A stretch of DNA of 64,000 nucleotides from the human T2T-CHM13v2.0 reference genome, Homo sapiens: the NCBI RefSeq assembly GCF_009914755.1, contig NC_060937.1. One strand, given 5' to 3'. The notes beneath the pieces are model-generated. The model did no database searches, was not told where the DNA came from, and saw only the letters and a program-made list of their open reading frames with translations. Position numbers and translations under genes: made by a program. Shown here piece by piece: positions 56,844 through 64,000 of this stretch (positions within the stretch are counted from its first letter, which is position 1; each line of letters begins with the position of its first letter).

Positions 56844-58021
56844 TTATTATTAGCAATAGTAGGCTATCAGAGGGGATGGTGTCTGTCAGACAATGTCGTG
56901 ACAAGTGCTATAACCAAGTCTAGAGTTACATTTGGAATGCTCGGGAGCTCAGAGGAAAAAGTAAGTAATCAGTTGGGTTAGGTCAGGAAGTCTTTACTAA
57001 GCTGGGATTTGAAGACTGAGTAGGAGAAAGGAAGAACATTTCTGGGGAGCAGGACCACATAAGCAAAGGTACAGAGGTGGGAGAATGTTTGTTTTGTTCA
57101 GGGACTGGAAGTGAGTAGTTCGATGTGGCTAAAAAACAAAGAGAAGGGGTCACAGATTTGCAAGATAATTACTAAGGCCTTTAATAATGGAAAAACACCT
57201 TACTTAAAACATAAGTGTGTAATGAAACACTGATTTTAAAAGACTGCCAATGGTATTGTCCTGTGTCCTAACTGTCTGAAATGACAGCAAAATGTTATGG
57301 AAGGTAGTAATGTTTGGGATCTGGTTCTATCTCTGTCATTAATTTGAGGTAGGACCTTGAACAAGTACCTCAATCATTGTGCACCTATGTCCTCCCCATA
57401 TCAGAAATAAGAGAGAGCCAAGGATCTCCAGAACAGCTTTCAATGTTAAAAAGTCAGTAATTTTCAGAGTGAGACTCCACCTCAAAAAAAAAAGAATACT
57501 CAAGCAACTGATAGATTTTAAATATTGATATCAAACGAAATATTTGGAAATAGTGAGGTAATGTTTGTAATAGGAACAAGAATCTAGTTATTTTACATTT
57601 ATATGTCCAAAGCTTCCCATGTCATTGGATGGACAGAGTCTTCTACTACAACCTCATCACATGACAAGTAAAAGAGTCAAACTAACAAGGGGTCAATTTT
57701 ATCCTCATAAACTTCGCATGAATATTTTTGAAAATATAGATTTTTAAAGAGAGATTTGGGAAAAATCAGAGACCTCTCCAGCTGGATTAGATTCTTTAAA
57801 AAACTAAATAAAAAATGATTTTGCTTGTTCTGGAAAATAAATTGTTTTTATACCTGAAAACATTTCTATGATGGTATTATATAGCCAAGATCAGTGAAAA
57901 ACAAACTGTATTTATAGGGTTTTGATATTAGAGAATGAATTAAAACCTTTTATCAGTAAGAAAAAAATGTCAGTAATTTTAAGAGATGCAGGTATGAAAA
58001 ATGTACCTTAATATATAACCA

Positions 58022-59062
58022 GGAGCTGGAGCCAAGATGGCCGAATAGGAACAGCTCCGGTCTACAGCTCCCAGTGTGAGCGACACAGAAGATGGGTGAT
58101 TTCTGCATTTCCATCTGAGGTACCGGGTTCATCTCACTAGGGAGTGCCAGACAGTGGGCGCAGGACAGTGGGTGCAGCACACCATGCACGAGCTGAAGCA
58201 GGGCAAGACATTGCCTCACTCGGGAAGTGTGAGGGGTCAGGGAGTTCCCTTTCCTAGTCAAAGAAAGGAGTGACAGACAGCACCTGGAAAATCGGGTCAC
58301 TCCCACCCCAATACCATGCTTTTCCGACAGGCTTAAAAAAACAGCGCACCAGGAGATTATATCCCACACCTGGCTCAGAGGGTCCTATGCCCACGGAGTC
58401 TTGCTGATTGCTAGCACAGCAGTCTGACATCAAACTGCAGGGCGGCAGTGAGGCTGGGGGAGGGGCGCCCGCCATTGCCCAGGCTTGCTTGGGTAAACAA
58501 AGCAGCTGGGAATCTCGAACTGGGTGGAGCCCACCACAGCTCAAGGAGGCCTGCCTGCCTCTGTAGGCTCCATCTCTGGGGGCAGGGCACAGACAAACAA
58601 AAAGACAGCAGTAACCACTGCAGACTTAAATGTCCCTATCTGACAGCTTTGAAGAGAGCAGTGGTTCTCCCAGCACGCAGCTGGAGATCTGAGAATGGGC
58701 AGACTGCCTCCCTCCTCAAGTGGGTCCCTGACCCCTGACCCCTGAGCAGCCTAACTGGGAGGCACCCCCTAGTAGGGGCAGACTGACACCTCACACGGCC
58801 AGGTACTCCTCTGAGACAAAACTTCCAGAGGAACGATCAGACAGCAGCATTCGTGGTTCACGAAAATCCGCTGTTCTGCAGCCACCGCTGCTGGTACCCA
58901 GGCAAACAGGGTCTGGGGTGGACCTCTAGCAAACTCCAACAGACCTGCAGCTGAGGGTCCTGTCTGTTAGAAGGAAAACTAACAAACAGAAAGGACATCC
59001 ACACCAAAAACCCATCTGTACATCACCATCATCAAAGACCAAAAGTAGATAAAACCACAAAG
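58022..59062 (+). promoter_or_regulatory. L1 5'UTR internal sense/antisense promoter with YY1 site
   Basis: aagatggcc YY1 motif at 58034-58042; partly CpG-decayed L1PA 5'UTR. Confidence 0.85.
58254..58475 (-). pseudogene. L1 antisense ORF0, C-terminally frameshifted
   Basis: MAGAPPPASLPPCSLMSDCCASNQQDSVG matches ORF0p; diverges after the A7 tract near 58335. Confidence 0.75.
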
Positions 59063-60079
59063 ATGGGGAAAAAACAGAGCAGAAAAACTGGAAGCTCTAA
59101 AAAGCAGAGCACCTCTCCTCCTCCAAAGGAATGCAGCTCCTCACCAGCAACGGAACAAAGCTGGACGGAGAATGACTTTGACAAGTTGAGAGAAGAAGGC
59201 TTCAGACAATCAAACTACTCTGAGCTACAGGAGGAAATTCAAACCAAAGGCAAAGAAGTTGAAAACTTTGAAAAAAATTTAGACGAATGTATAACTAAAA
59301 TAACCAATACAGAGAAGTGCTTAAAGGAGCTGATGGAGCTGAAAGCCAAGGCTCGAGAACTACTTGAAGAATGCAGAAGCCTCAGGAGCCGATGCGATCA
59401 ACTGGAAGAAAGGGTATCAGTGATGGAAGACGAAATGAATGAAATGAAGCAAGAAGGGAAGTTTAGACAAAAAAGAATAAAAAGAAATGAAGAAAGCCTC
59501 CAAGAAATATGGGACTATGTGAAAAGACCAAATCTACGTCTGATTGGTGTACCTGAAAGTGACGGGGAGAATGGAACCAAGTTGGAAAACACTCTGCAGG
59601 ATAGTATCCAGGAGAACTTCCCCAGTCTAGCAAGGCAGGCCAACATTCAGATTCAGGAAATACAGAGAACACCACAAAGATACTCATCGAGAAGAGCAAC
59701 TCCAAGACACATAATTGTCAGATCCACCAAAGTTGAAATGAAGGAAAAAATGTTAAGGGCAGCCAGAGAGAAAGGTCAGGTTACCCACAAAGGGAAGCCC
59801 ATCAGACTAACAGCGGATCTCTCGGCAGGAACTCTACAAGCCAGAAGAGAGTGGGGGCCAATATTCAACATTCTTAAAGAAAAGAATTTTCAACCCAGAA
59901 TTTCATATCCAGCCAAACTAAGCTTCATAAGTGAAGGAGAAATAAAATACTTTACAGACAAGCAAATGCTGAGAGATTTTGTCACCACCAGGCCTGCCCT
60001 AAAAGAGCTCCTGAAGGAAGCACTAAACATGGAAAGGAACAACCAGTACCAGCCACTGCAAAATCATGCCAAATTGTAA
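59063..60079 (+). CDS. LINE-1 ORF1p (RNA-binding chaperone), intact 338 aa
   Basis: MGKKQ start, coiled coil, RRM, REKG, ARR and YPAKLS motifs, canonical length. Confidence 0.95.
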   Translation: MGKKQSRKTGSSKKQSTSPPPKECSSSPATEQSWTENDFDKLREEGFRQSNYSELQEEIQTKGKEVENFEKNLDECITKITNTEKCLKELMELKAKARELLEECRSLRSRCDQLEERVSVMEDEMNEMKQEGKFRQKRIKRNEESLQEIWDYVKRPNLRLIGVPESDGENGTKLENTLQDSIQENFPSLARQANIQIQEIQRTPQRYSSRRATPRHIIVRSTKVEMKEKMLRAAREKGQVTHKGKPIRLTADLSAGTLQARREWGPIFNILKEKNFQPRISYPAKLSFISEGEIKYFTDKQMLRDFVTTRPALKELLKEALNMERNNQYQPLQNHAKL

Positions 60080-60127
60080 AGACCATTGAGGCTAGGAAGA
60101 AACTGCATCAACTAATGAGCAAAATAA

Positions 60128-63968
<3,841 letters not shown>

Positions 63969-64000
63969 ACAATGAGAACACATGGACACAGGAAGGGGAA

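Noticed and set aside
57465-57495. Isolated ~30-bp Alu 3' tip with A tail
   Set aside because: Ordinary severe truncation; too short to interpret

Overview
Primate (human-like) AT-rich non-coding DNA made mostly of interspersed repeats: LINE-1 of many ages, L2, MIR, about 9 Alus, MaLR/ERVL/ERV1 LTRs (including two complete LTR-internal-LTR MaLR proviruses) and hAT MITEs. The only real protein-coding sequence belongs to a near-full-length L1PA3/4-type element at 58.0-64.0 kb. It has an intact ORF1, a disrupted ORF2, a frameshifted ORF0, and retains the ~129-bp ZNF93-binding 5'UTR segment. I see no recognisable host-gene CDS, tRNA, rRNA or CRISPR array, and I cannot support a novel biological system. 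The better second-look items are two local templated duplications with fold-back junctions, internally deleted but TSD-flanked retroelements, DUX4 motifs in LTRs, candidate splice-site chains and non-B DNA motifs. Repeat subfamily names come from recalled consensus features, not a database search, and boundaries of old repeats are approximate.
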